A DNA stretch of 64,000 nucleotides from a virus (Duplodnaviria > Caudoviricetes). A program made the translations under genes and the position numbers. The stretch is from the IMG/VR virus record IMGVR_UViG_3300037297_000386, one strand, 5' to 3'. Position 1 is the stretch's first letter. The number at the start of each line of letters is the position of its first letter. Below, piece by piece: positions 27,201-35,080 of this stretch. The notes under the pieces are model-generated. The model did not search any database. It saw only the letters and a program-made list of their open reading frames with translations, and had not been told where the DNA came from.

Positions 27201-28679
27201 AATATTTGATACATATATCACGCGCTCACTAATAAGATTTAAATTAGGCCCACTAATATCAAATGCTATTCCTTCTTGATGAGCTGATTCTCCTGGCTCA
27301 GCAACGTCCGGACGATCAAACCCATCAGGTACAGTTCCAGCGACCATTATTCTGGATATTTTATTCAAAATATATTTATCCAAACGACTAAATGCTGTAC
27401 GATTAATCGATTTATTATATAATCGTTCAATTCTCCACGGATTTATTCTTTGTTCTATACCAAATGTTTTATGGAAATATCCTTCATATATTTTAGTATT
27501 CCATCTATTGTGCCACTTATGTCCGTCAAATACACCCCAACTTCTCCAATATTCTAATAATATTCTGGCTTGTTCGTGTTCATCCCTATAAACACTAGTA
27601 ATTGTAGAACCTGGTGGCAAAAATGGTGCTATAATTCTCCAAGCTATTTTAATACTTGGGTCATCAAATACGACATTTTTTCCTATATTGTTTACATTTA
27701 AATCTATATCAACTTGTGTCAATAGATTTTGAATATCAGTGGGATCCGAATATGGAATTGGCTGCTCTTCTTGTTGAATTGCTGGAGAAGCAGACATTGG
27801 TAGATCATCAGCCCTACAACTAATTGTGGCTTTTTTCTTTTTTCCCTCGTGTTTTTCAACCAATTCTGGATCAAGATACTGGTTTTTCAATGTAGATGCT
27901 TCGTGTCCAACTATTTCAGCAACTTCATTCAATGCATCTTTAAAATCTTTCTTTTTGAGCATTTCTTTCATCAAACGATTTGCATGAAATCCACGTAAAT
28001 CTTTCGCACTAATATCAAATTTAGAAAGATAGCGGTTAACTGCTCTGTCCCAAATCTTTTTACCATCGATTTCAAATATAAAATCGTCAGACTTTTTGCC
28101 TTTCATTAAATCCCGAATGACTTTTATTACTTTACTGTTTTCAAGGACAACATTTTGTTCAATTGCACCTTTTCCGGGAAAGTCAAACGTCATTTTATTG
28201 CCTTTCCCTTTTACATGTTTCACTTTAAGAGTAGACGCCCCAAATGTTCCTTCTTTAGCAGAATCCTCATTTCCGATACGCATAGCAGTATCGTCCATAA
28301 TGCCGACTATAGCAGCAATGGCACGAGTACGGTCATCGTCAGAGTTTAAATCTTTTTCATATTGTTTACGAACTTTCTTCAATTCTTTTTCAAGTTTCTT
28401 CAGTTTTTCTATCTTCTCATTCCACCGCTTTTTAATATGATCTTCTTTGTATTTATAAATAGTTCCGCCACTCTCACTTTTCTCTTTTTTTTCATACGCA
28501 GGCTTATCAGACACAACCTTGGCTCTTTTACTTATTTGTCTCATGTTTAGATCCTTTTTAAAGTTGTGATCAGCCAATAATGGTTGTAAGTTTTTATAAT
28601 AGCAGACTCGACGGAACCGATCTTTATCAATTAATCGTTTGCTCAATTTCTTGTTCATAATTGCCCACACCAAAGTCAT
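20775..28679 (-). CDS. Multi-enzyme polyprotein: topoisomerase IB / 2x M15 peptidase / CCA-type nucleotidyltransferase-HD / LigD-type primase-polymerase / 2H phosphoesterase / 2x unknown repeat / LigD 3'-phosphoesterase
   Basis: Single open frame of 2634 codons; family motifs recognised per domain (see sub-features); likely true start 28544 (MRQISKRA, after AAGGA). Confidence 0.85.
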   Translation of the reverse strand: MTLVWAIMNKKLSKRLIDKDRFRRVCYYKNLQPLLADHNFKKDLNMRQISKRAKVVSDKPAYEKKEKSESGGTIYKYKEDHIKKRWNEKIEKLKKLEKELKKVRKQYEKDLNSDDDRTRAIAAIVGIMDDTAMRIGNEDSAKEGTFGASTLKVKHVKGKGNKMTFDFPGKGAIEQNVVLENSKVIKVIRDLMKGKKSDDFIFEIDGKKIWDRAVNRYLSKFDISAKDLRGFHANRLMKEMLKKKDFKDALNEVAEIVGHEASTLKNQYLDPELVEKHEGKKKKATISCRADDLPMSASPAIQQEEQPIPYSDPTDIQNLLTQVDIDLNVNNIGKNVVFDDPSIKIAWRIIAPFLPPGSTITSVYRDEHEQARILLEYWRSWGVFDGHKWHNRWNTKIYEGYFHKTFGIEQRINPWRIERLYNKSINRTAFSRLDKYILNKISRIMVAGTVPDGFDRPDVAEPGESAHQEGIAFDISGPNLNLISERVIYVSNIFPESIQLMQPPYKEGVANNVVHIVLARSVSMPNINDYVLKLIQIQNPQIARVIQQNIKPLISKRAELTPADIVWVDNLRSGINQPNKQLINISQEDRRILMIPRAKVNQLLLNAWKTLKPFLPETAVMTSGVRTPEDQKNILNHYWKKATGKTIPQDLRSDMRVWRQVSRLLKRHYGYIVGPPETNNPYSHLKGRALDIAGADLYDISAVVKAVSDNPALPVTFRKPLIEQGNGCVHVGVESARFDEDAVLAVREHSRQRFASIYSAIEDEQIQNIFADFLYSNPPEDLINKLGIIQYESFDGQGIADSEDELVLDMGFGKEDGLGNWFEKSLILDLEESAGAAHNIKDPNKIEFEQPEWFKYDPEKPISLRDKNAANNIFPDTDEEALAIQPSTFLNNKKLMEKFPHLILAQATKLSMLHPQEYFVLKYYRRPELKDVNQDALLRLLDFNPSFYFNSGLFLEDEFKHAIDTAAINILKNNPIEILNLAKSSPVIREAIQDIIPEAKKMVADFDKEKELSISEKTKEEHRINKERGQFWRHQFDISEIGNKPSFWEYPKAYISKRLKYANDTINLTSTERKIFNILKSAVDEFNLGTTIRVAGGWVRDKLMGRQSKDIDIAIDNMTGKEFVDYINRYARIHNIDITAGLIPAKPEQGKHLETAVIHMLGESIDVVNLRDEEYDEESRKPIVTITDSPIKDAFRRDLTINSLFYNIHTNKIEDFTGQGIYDIKNKILRTPKTVTEEQQKEVGRLIDAKQIFLDDPLRVLRAIRFANRYPDFKIDPEIISAAKNKDVQEAFRNKITWERRQEELSKIMSENRSPREALELIKDLGYRSEILQLPDEYSEWELDQNNPHHEFNVWGHLMEALDNIYEITKNEDLNKADRYILNWATLLHDVGKLDPTVQGVKEMGDKLVNTYHGHERSSIQAAQYILTKLKGTKGKDIKRVQSLIDAARRVDLDPDKASKITAKAIRNILKLTQEFGDDWKRALQVALADAAAHKGGWLPTFPMEGYDYLTRQFEKVPTTTALVPLISGFDLQNLFNRRPGKWIGQINKELQIWQTQAATHNIELSREDVIHFLESFDAQNIYDEKTHEYKEPIVSMIKEARFISKCAEKESEDGKYEKEKNDPKWDEVLIDKDRKLTRRQIRDHYIKNKSKIMSEIKGKPVMLFIGTGKNQNVLKRNHNDKRIIISDNKDYNYWVDRRVVSIHRVIESKTDLGFVDLDVHGNFSKEKTLKYAKKITSKIKSKYGKPTIYESGGTGYHVEFHTKKTNVDALRNELREMCEDLNEDFDGFTTGIVKGDGVRTDTTTLKTNGNIRVPYALHEKYGGIKKPISHGGDDARDHLSIRDNGKTNKIVASVLYLSGIPDDILELLSHLPGFFPFPSAEEDGIVSGKIIILPNVYILWNYLDKARSHVSEQHGYNASVRLRYIVDEANQSQYITVFEYNSKDPYETFKQLQSFLMDQDLHQKMLKIISDKEGSEQEELAKVIPLFKDKSSSEGTYLLSKCAKKKPIGIFAVLPKSLSKQFSSLGEHDNSVPHITLLYIGKNVKNNQHNLLLQTVERILEKWMPFIVEFDNKVSYFPATKHSDGCKVAKIKILSEQLKKLHKELKKGLVSVGIDVDDHFENYSPHITLEYMEPPKVKYDGKTPEGSWLIDSVEIWGCGKNKTFRLPKVLSKRAKLPYGWWLSPDGQLYEVDVFGHTIFVDEHKELFKDMSGGEYDIAFDNDWIRIVKADNNLDLEFPAKEDKYIRRVQSVDLPGIYKSVEISWPGGYILNIPYSIFVASSGFDDLERFMKYRTSSRWEGTSGAFPIKIPYSMFITSSGFDDMFSSKWASIHSFISKRADTSDAWWLSPDNKLYPVGFFEHARFITENIDLFEGAPEITDKNYYEIYNIAFERGWIRLVTLRGYLQVQVPSFDDLYLKRVQNIVPYLPIINIKKIDILASNDIEVGPFNLLDFLTANSFKDLERLDKQSFKSNFRYISKRAKSISKDPLSVYKKKRNFNETKEPKENGKGKNIFVIQKHEAHRAGTHFDLRLQKDNVLESWAIPKAKLPSKGERLLATITEPHPLSYTGSYTIPSGEYGAGKVSVYQKGHYKPISWSNKKIEFEISSGKAKGKYVLVHTDGKKWLWMIKKDEN
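21249..22154 (-). repeat. Polyprotein: two paralogous domains of unknown function
   Basis: WWLSPDGQLYEV..H..F..AFDNDWIRIV and WWLSPDNKLYPV..H..F..AFERGWIRLV, each bounded by SKRA motifs. Confidence 0.75.
22170..22667 (-). other. Polyprotein domain: 2H phosphoesterase (LigT/ThpR-like)
   Basis: Two HxT motifs: VPHITLLYIG and SPHITLEY. Confidence 0.85.
23160..23855 (-). other. Polyprotein domain: LigD-type archaeo-eukaryotic primase-polymerase
   Basis: FVDLD, ESGGTGYHV, RTD..RVPYALH correspond to AEP motifs I-III. Confidence 0.7.
23871..25493 (-). other. Polyprotein domain: class II CCA-adding/poly(A) polymerase family nucleotidyltransferase with HD domain
   Basis: VAGGWVRDKL..DIDIAID, DAFRRDLTINSL, DDPLRVLRAIRFA, HHEFNVWGH..LLHDVGK. 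Confidence 0.9.
26460..26900 (-). other. Polyprotein domain: M15/LAS-type zinc peptidase 2
   Basis: MTSGVRTPEDQ; SHLKGRALD (H-x6-D); CVHV. Confidence 0.75.
27021..27809 (-). other. Polyprotein domain: M15/LAS-type zinc peptidase 1
   Basis: ITSVYRDEHEQ; SAHQEGIAFD (H-x6-D); VVHI. Confidence 0.7.
27825..28520 (-). other. Polyprotein domain: type IB DNA topoisomerase catalytic domain
   Basis: MRIGN, GASTL, FDFPGKG, SAKDLRGFHA, VGH..STLKNQYLDP supply the R-K-R-H-Y pentad of poxvirus/bacterial topo IB. Confidence 0.85.
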
Positions 28680-28962
28680 ATTTTAGTCTCTTTATTAAAT
28701 ATCCAATAAATCTCCGAATTTTTTGTGCCATAAGCTTTTGTGAATAACTCATGGTTTCTCCCAAGTCTTCACTTTCACGATATGTTAAACTTAATTTATC
28801 ATATATCTTTTTAATTGTGTCTATAACAGATTGAGCATGTGTTATATTTTTTCTAGACATAGATATCTCAAATTCCCTATTTAATGTCGTCAGGGCCTTT
28901 CGTATCGTATATTGATTATTATAGTCAATATACTTATCTATTTTTGTAAATAAATCTATCAT
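28627..28962 (-). CDS. Hypothetical protein
   Basis: 111-aa ORF, ATGA overlap with portal stop. Confidence 0.55.
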   Translation of the reverse strand: MIDLFTKIDKYIDYNNQYTIRKALTTLNREFEISMSRKNITHAQSVIDTIKKIYDKLSLTYRESEDLGETMSYSQKLMAQKIRRFIGYLIKRLKYDFGVGNYEQEIEQTIN

Positions 28963-31900
28963 GGTTTAATTGGCAGTGGTGTCCCACCTCCTGGCGTTGT
29001 AGCCGGGCCTTTAACACCTAATTCGCCTCCACCAGGACCAGGAATTATTGGACCACCCATACCAGGAGGAGCGCCTAATGGTGATGGGGCTCCTGTTGGA
29101 GGACCCCCTAATGGCGGTAATCCGCCGCCCATTGGGCCACCTAAACCACCAGGTACCAATCCTGCACCAGGGATACCAGATTCCTCTGCTCCCGGCGTAC
29201 CAGGTAATGGTGTTTCAGTTGGTTCTATAATATCTTCATCAGCTTTAATAGCTCTCAAAGCGCCTAGTGTCATTCCTTGTAATATTACAGCTTCCTTAGC
29301 TGTTATGGCATTATATATCATCTCTTCTTTTATTAACCTACGTTCTTCTTCCATATTGAGACCTAAACTTCTATATAATGTTGTCTGAGAAACTTTATTA
29401 TTCTGTGCTAAATTGTTTAATACATTTATATAATTATCCATATCAAACAATATCATTCGATTCCATTCCACTTCTGGAACTATTAACTTTTTATCCCCAT
29501 CCTTATACTCATAAAACTCTTGTATTTCACTAATCGGAGCGAATATTTTTTTGGTTAGCCACTGCGCCATCATATTTCTAAATGATTCATATCGCTGTTT
29601 TAATACTTCCAACCCAACAGTCGCACTATTAAAAGATGCCCCTTCTTGTGTAACTACAGCCTTTGGAACCATCAAACCAAACAAAATATTATCTAAAATA
29701 AAATTCATATCTGGTGTAATATCGATAATAGCGCCACTGGCTCCAACACGTTCAACAGATATTCCTGCATGAGATATTATCTTAAAGTCTTTGTCGTATT
29801 GAGCACTGTTCCCTAATATTATTAATGACTTATGACGTTTAGTAACAAATAATCCTCCAGGAACAGTAAAACACCATACCTTTCCATTATATTTTGTTTT
29901 ATTAAGAGTAGCACATTTGGATTTTGGATTTTGTCTATACATTGGAAATCTTCCTTTAGATCCGTCGCTCCAATTTGTAATCCAGTATTCCTTACCTTGC
30001 CCATTTTTAGTTTTATATACACTAGGCGAATATCCAGCCAAAAATGCAAGTTCAAAAATATCATTCGCTAAATTTTCAGATATAGTACTATATTTAAAAC
30101 CACATGTATTATTTTTATTAACATATGTGGTTCCATCACCATTGTTCAATGCTTTTAATAATATTTTCATTTGTCGAGGAGAAATAGAATACACCCACCT
30201 AGGAATTCGTTTATTATGTGAATTGCATTTACCATTTTCACCTATTTCATTAAAAATATGTCTAACTAATTTAGCATCATACACAATACCTTTCCATATT
30301 GATTTATGTTTATTTTCAGAAAATCCAGAACCATTATTAATAATTCTAGACTTAACCGTTTTGTTAAAATATTTAGCGATTTTCGTTAAATTATTTTCCA
30401 TCGCAAGTTTTTCTTCAGTTTCTTCTTCTTGGTATAAATTAATACTATTTGGATATTTATTATTTATAATACAAACATATCCTTCACTAATAACATTGCC
30501 CAAAAACTCCAGATAATCATCTGTTTTTATTTCATGTCCACATACATTTGTATACTCAATTTCAGTGCCATTAAAATTAGTTACCGCTCTAAACCTATAA
30601 TTAGTTTTAGACATGTTTTTTGCTTTTATAAATTCCCAATCAGACCACCCATCTTTTAATTTTCTACTAACAAACATTCTATGATTCGGAGTAACCATAG
30701 CATCTACTTGCTGCCCATTAAAATGATACATTTCACCATTATAATCATATAAATGAGATTTTAACGGAACACGGTATTCTAATTTTTCAGTATCTTTGTT
30801 AAAACAGGCTATCTTGAAACCAGGTTTAATGCTAGCTCTATAAGACCCATCATCGTTTTTAGTATAATCCATTACTTCATTATATTTTTTAAATCCTTTA
30901 TTAGTCAAAACTTGTGTTTGTTCATCGTGACATTCAAATGTTTGTCTCCACTTTTCTAAATCATCACCAGTTGGATGATATTCACCCTCAGCTGTTCCTC
31001 CAACTTTTACGATAGTTATTGGATTTACAAGATTGTCAGCTTGTGCAAATTTAGAGTTTCCTTGAATAGTATACAAACCATTGCGACGAGTAATAAATAA
31101 ACCAGTTGGAACTTCATAACACCAGACTAATCCATCATAATTTATTTTATCTATATTAGCCCCACCATGATTTGGATTACCATATATTAATGGTTCTTCT
31201 CCGTAATTAGTATTAGACCACGTAATAATATATTCGGTTGACTTATTGCTAACATTAGATATCAATATATTTGGAGAAAACCCACATTTATACACAAGCT
31301 CGCTTACATCATCTGCTAACTGTTTAGATACAGTAGAATATTTATAAGCAACTGATTTATTTTTATATTTACTTTTTATAACAGTTCCATCTCCTGCTAA
31401 TAATGCATTTAATAAAACCTGTAAATGTTCCCTGTGTAATTTAAGTATCCAGCGAGGAATTCGTTTATTATGAGAAGTACAATTTTCTCCATCTCCTATT
31501 TCTTTTATAAATAGATTCGTTAATTCCTTATTACATATCTTTCCTTCCCAATATTCATGTGGAGAATGCCTATTGAATCCAGCACCACGAATTTTCGTGT
31601 AATTATTACAATATAAACCTAAACTATTTGCAAAATTATTTGTACATTTAAATATTTTATCATAGTATTTTGACCTTGTTTCTTGCCCAATGATTATTTT
31701 GTTATCCGATCTTTTACCATAAATATAATTTTTATATATACAACCTTCGCTTAATAAATATCCTAAGAATTCCATATAACTGTTGGTAGAAATTTTCGAA
31801 TCAAATATTTCTATGGTGTCTCTTTTTTCTCCAATCCAATCTGCATGTGTTTTAAAACGATAATAACGCGATTTAGATATATTTTTGGCCAACTCAAAAT

Positions 31901-33200
31901 TCCAATCGGTCCAATTATTTTTAATTTTACTCGTAACCCACATACGATGTTCTGGGGTTACACATATATCCACCTTTTTGCCATTAAAATGGTACATTTC
32001 ACCTTTATATTTTGATATATGTACACCGGTAGGTTTATGATATTCTATTTGGTTAGTCCTTGAATTATAGCAAGCTATTTTAAGATTAGGTTTTACTTTA
32101 GCTGAAATTACTTCTCCGTTTTTGTCAGTCTGAAAATCTATTCCATCAATTCCTTTTATAATTCCATTTTCTGTAATAATCTCTGTATCTTGTGAATAAC
32201 ACTCGCGTAATTTGTCATATAGCATTAAATCTTTATATATGCTGACAATTGGAGAAGTTCCATGTATTCCATATGAAGAGGTTAACATTTTCAAATGGCT
32301 AACATGAAAATTATCCAACGGAATGTTGTTCCCCTTTTTAACATGATATAATATTTCTTCATCTATTTGTTTACGTAGCTGTATATCTGCAGGATTACTG
32401 CTATGAACCAATCTTTGTAAAGCAGCGTCTGGTCGCATAGATATTACTGGGTCACCACCTAATACGGATGTTTTAACATGTATATAATCAGGGTTTTGGA
32501 TAATTATATTGTTCCATATCCCTTTGTTTTCATCTAATTCAGCATATGGAAACACTTCACCCATTTTCCAAAATTCTAATGAAATAGATTGTAAAATATT
32601 CACAAGATCTATCTCATCAGCCATATCTTTGAAAAATTGTTCTACTTTATGATCTTTACATTTTATATTTATTTTGCTTATAGGATATGTAGCATGCAAA
32701 TTTATACAATTATGAACTAATGGATGGGTATCATAAAAATTCCTGTTCCACGCATTCATAGTTATACGATCCCGTGGTAATTGAAGGTTTGCAATCTGAA
32801 ATAATGGAGAATATATTTCTGGAGCTTGTCTAATGGTACTTCCAGAAGCACCTAATCTATTTCCATCTGATACCGTAAGACCGGCCGTTTTACTAAGCCC
32901 ATATGCCTCTCGTATTTCTTGAGATCTTTTGTATGAATTGCTATATACAATAATTGGGGACGGCCCAGATGAATTATTTGTGGTCTCAGTTGCTCTAATT
33001 AATTCTGTCTTTCGGTATTCTGATACGCCATCTGGGATAGATTCGTTATAAACAGAATTATCCCTATTAGATATATGATATTCTGAATTTGATACCCCTT
33101 CTTTTTTTAACTTGACCGAGCGAGCACCGTGGCGAGCAGTTTTAACAGTAGACAATTTATTTACTGGTTCTATCCTCCATTCTCCTCTTCGTATACCCAT
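28959..33200 (-). CDS. Portal protein interrupted by two inteins; Pro/Gly-rich C-terminus
   Basis: Immediately downstream of terminase; THPLV..CI, GEVFPY, NPDYIHV, HGTSPI motifs are portal-like; removal of both inteins leaves 656 aa. Confidence 0.75.
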   Translation of the reverse strand: MGIRRGEWRIEPVNKLSTVKTARHGARSVKLKKEGVSNSEYHISNRDNSVYNESIPDGVSEYRKTELIRATETTNNSSGPSPIIVYSNSYKRSQEIREAYGLSKTAGLTVSDGNRLGASGSTIRQAPEIYSPLFQIANLQLPRDRITMNAWNRNFYDTHPLVHNCINLHATYPISKINIKCKDHKVEQFFKDMADEIDLVNILQSISLEFWKMGEVFPYAELDENKGIWNNIIIQNPDYIHVKTSVLGGDPVISMRPDAALQRLVHSSNPADIQLRKQIDEEILYHVKKGNNIPLDNFHVSHLKMLTSSYGIHGTSPIVSIYKDLMLYDKLRECYSQDTEIITENGIIKGIDGIDFQTDKNGEVISAKVKPNLKIACYNSRTNQIEYHKPTGVHISKYKGEMYHFNGKKVDICVTPEHRMWVTSKIKNNWTDWNFELAKNISKSRYYRFKTHADWIGEKRDTIEIFDSKISTNSYMEFLGYLLSEGCIYKNYIYGKRSDNKIIIGQETRSKYYDKIFKCTNNFANSLGLYCNNYTKIRGAGFNRHSPHEYWEGKICNKELTNLFIKEIGDGENCTSHNKRIPRWILKLHREHLQVLLNALLAGDGTVIKSKYKNKSVAYKYSTVSKQLADDVSELVYKCGFSPNILISNVSNKSTEYIITWSNTNYGEEPLIYGNPNHGGANIDKINYDGLVWCYEVPTGLFITRRNGLYTIQGNSKFAQADNLVNPITIVKVGGTAEGEYHPTGDDLEKWRQTFECHDEQTQVLTNKGFKKYNEVMDYTKNDDGSYRASIKPGFKIACFNKDTEKLEYRVPLKSHLYDYNGEMYHFNGQQVDAMVTPNHRMFVSRKLKDGWSDWEFIKAKNMSKTNYRFRAVTNFNGTEIEYTNVCGHEIKTDDYLEFLGNVISEGYVCIINNKYPNSINLYQEEETEEKLAMENNLTKIAKYFNKTVKSRIINNGSGFSENKHKSIWKGIVYDAKLVRHIFNEIGENGKCNSHNKRIPRWVYSISPRQMKILLKALNNGDGTTYVNKNNTCGFKYSTISENLANDIFELAFLAGYSPSVYKTKNGQGKEYWITNWSDGSKGRFPMYRQNPKSKCATLNKTKYNGKVWCFTVPGGLFVTKRHKSLIILGNSAQYDKDFKIISHAGISVERVGASGAIIDITPDMNFILDNILFGLMVPKAVVTQEGASFNSATVGLEVLKQRYESFRNMMAQWLTKKIFAPISEIQEFYEYKDGDKKLIVPEVEWNRMILFDMDNYINVLNNLAQNNKVSQTTLYRSLGLNMEEERRLIKEEMIYNAITAKEAVILQGMTLGALRAIKADEDIIEPTETPLPGTPGAEESGIPGAGLVPGGLGGPMGGGLPPLGGPPTGAPSPLGAPPGMGGPIIPGPGGGELGVKGPATTPGGGTPLPIKP
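29808..30932 (-). mobile_element. Intein 2 in portal (375 aa) with LAGLIDADG endonuclease
   Basis: TFE|CHDEQTQV start, TPNH block B, FLGNVISEG / LNNGDG, ILGN|S end. Confidence 0.9.
31056..32201 (-). mobile_element. Intein 1 in portal (382 aa) with LAGLIDADG endonuclease
   Basis: LRE|CYSQDTE start, TPEH block B, FLGYLLSEG / LLAGDG, TRRNG..IQGN|S end. Confidence 0.9.
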
Positions 33201-33211
33201 CGTTTACCTCT

Positions 33212-35080
33212 TTATAACCCAGGCAAATATGCCAATATAGGTCCTGTACTTATTGCGTTAATCTGATGCGGTTTAATCTTAAACCCTTGAGTCAAATAAA
33301 ATTTATAAGCCAAATATGCGTACATCAGACTCATAAGCCCATCATTAGGACCAGAACCCTTCACATATCTAGTAATTACTCTTCCCTGAAATGTTCTAAT
33401 TTCTTTTTCCATTGAACAACAATGTTCTATTAACCACTGTATTCGTTCATAACTAACCCATGGAAACATGACTTTACTTTTTCTCATATTATTAAACAAA
33501 TCTTCCAACATTATGTGTGGATTACAAATAAGTCTAAGATCTTCAGAATCATATTTAACTGGGTTTATCAAACTTCCACTACTAAGGCAACCTATTACAC
33601 GAGATCCATATTCTCTTTGTAATTCTGGAACAATATCATTAGCATGTCCAAGGTCCGCTACAGCTATTTGAATATTAAATCTTCTAAACATCTCATCTAC
33701 TACATCTTTTTTGTGTTGAAAATTATTGCGTTTTAACTTAAAAGCATTTTCTATATGCATAATTCCATCTTTACTAACAGAAATAACTACTACAGATGAA
33801 AAGGATTTACCTCCTCTAGAGTTAAAAGTATCATTTTTCTCACCCCAGTCAATACCCATAAAAGTTGGCGAATAATTATTATTAACAACTTTGTAATTAT
33901 TATTTTTTTGAATTGAAGGAGATCCAAATGATATCTTCTTATTTACATCGCGACAATATTTATAAATTTCCTCTTCTGACATGGGTAAATCAGATCCACT
34001 ATAAAATTCTCCAAGAATTTCATTCTGCCAAATTCTTTCCGAATTCGTTGGATGTATTCCTGGCTTTTCCTTGAGTATAGTCTCTTTATGGAAAAATGGT
34101 ATTAATAATTGATTAAAATGGAAACCGACATATTGTGGCTCACTGCCATCTGGCAATTGCGTCTGGGACGAAACCCATTTTCCTCTTTCCACAGCTTGCA
34201 CCTTATCTTGTTGATGCTGACATTTTGGACACTCAACTATATTTCCAAATAACCATATCTTTTCCCAGTCATCGTTCCCAGGAGTGTATAACATAAAATA
34301 TTCTGAACAATTCTCACAGTGTAGATGATAGTATCTTTTATCAGAGGCATCCCACATTTTATGAAAATTGGATCCACGCTGCAACGGTGTGCCAAAATAT
34401 AATTGTATTCCTTGCCCTTTAGGCCCATATCTGGATGCAGTCAAAGTTCTTTTGCTATTTCCAATATCATCTTGATTCATACGCTGAACTTCATCATAAA
34501 ATATACCGTCTAATGACATACCATGAAGCCTTTGTGCATCATTGGCATTTGAATCGACCCAAAGTTTGTTTTCATTTTTAAATTGTTTTTCCGTAAGCGT
34601 ATCATCTGGAACATCTATCCTACGTCGTCCAGTTTCATTATCAAGAGACAATGATTGTTTTAGCACATAGTTATTGTTCGATGTTCGCATCATAGTACTA
34701 AGTTTATCTTTAGCAAATTTTTGTACTAATGCTAAAGCCGGGAAACAGTGTAAAATTCTAATTGGAGGCCTACCTATAGAGCCGCCAAATAATCCGCTGG
34801 TGCAAAAATATAACTCAAGGGCAGTGGCCATAGTAGTAGCACCAACTTGTCTTCCCTTCACACAAACGACAGGTTTTCCATTTTGACCTAATGCTTTAGT
34901 TGCAATATAACGATAAATGTCAGCTAAAAATTTCCATCCCGTTCCACCACCAAGTTCTAGCGGCTTTCCATCAATAGTAAGATATTCAGATGCAAAAAAA
35001 ACGGGATCTACTTTTAATACTTCTTTCTTTAGATCCTCGAAATATTTTTCTACTGTATGATTTGATTTATTGTTTACCAC
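33212..35080 (-). CDS. terL: Terminase large subunit (GpA-like)
   Basis: KGRQVGATT Walker A-like, IFYDE Walker B, GTP, CxxC zinc ribbons, GFHFNQL, GIDWG nuclease motif. Confidence 0.88.
   Translation of the reverse strand: MVNNKSNHTVEKYFEDLKKEVLKVDPVFFASEYLTIDGKPLELGGGTGWKFLADIYRYIATKALGQNGKPVVCVKGRQVGATTMATALELYFCTSGLFGGSIGRPPIRILHCFPALALVQKFAKDKLSTMMRTSNNNYVLKQSLSLDNETGRRRIDVPDDTLTEKQFKNENKLWVDSNANDAQRLHGMSLDGIFYDEVQRMNQDDIGNSKRTLTASRYGPKGQGIQLYFGTPLQRGSNFHKMWDASDKRYYHLHCENCSEYFMLYTPGNDDWEKIWLFGNIVECPKCQHQQDKVQAVERGKWVSSQTQLPDGSEPQYVGFHFNQLLIPFFHKETILKEKPGIHPTNSERIWQNEILGEFYSGSDLPMSEEEIYKYCRDVNKKISFGSPSIQKNNNYKVVNNNYSPTFMGIDWGEKNDTFNSRGGKSFSSVVVISVSKDGIMHIENAFKLKRNNFQHKKDVVDEMFRRFNIQIAVADLGHANDIVPELQREYGSRVIGCLSSGSLINPVKYDSEDLRLICNPHIMLEDLFNNMRKSKVMFPWVSYERIQWLIEHCCSMEKEIRTFQGRVITRYVKGSGPNDGLMSLMYAYLAYKFYLTQGFKIKPHQINAISTGPILAYLPGL

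Noticed and set aside
20775-28679. ISKRA matches the vaccinia topoisomerase active-site sequence ISKRAY
   Set aside because: The linkers lack the catalytic Tyr, and this protein's own topo IB active site reads LKNQY, so I treat the match as coincidence.
28545-28679. First 45 codons of the polyprotein ORF as translated sequence
   Set aside because: They overlap the upstream gene and lack an RBS; ATG 28544 has AAGGA and gives the MRQISKRA leader seen in other genes.
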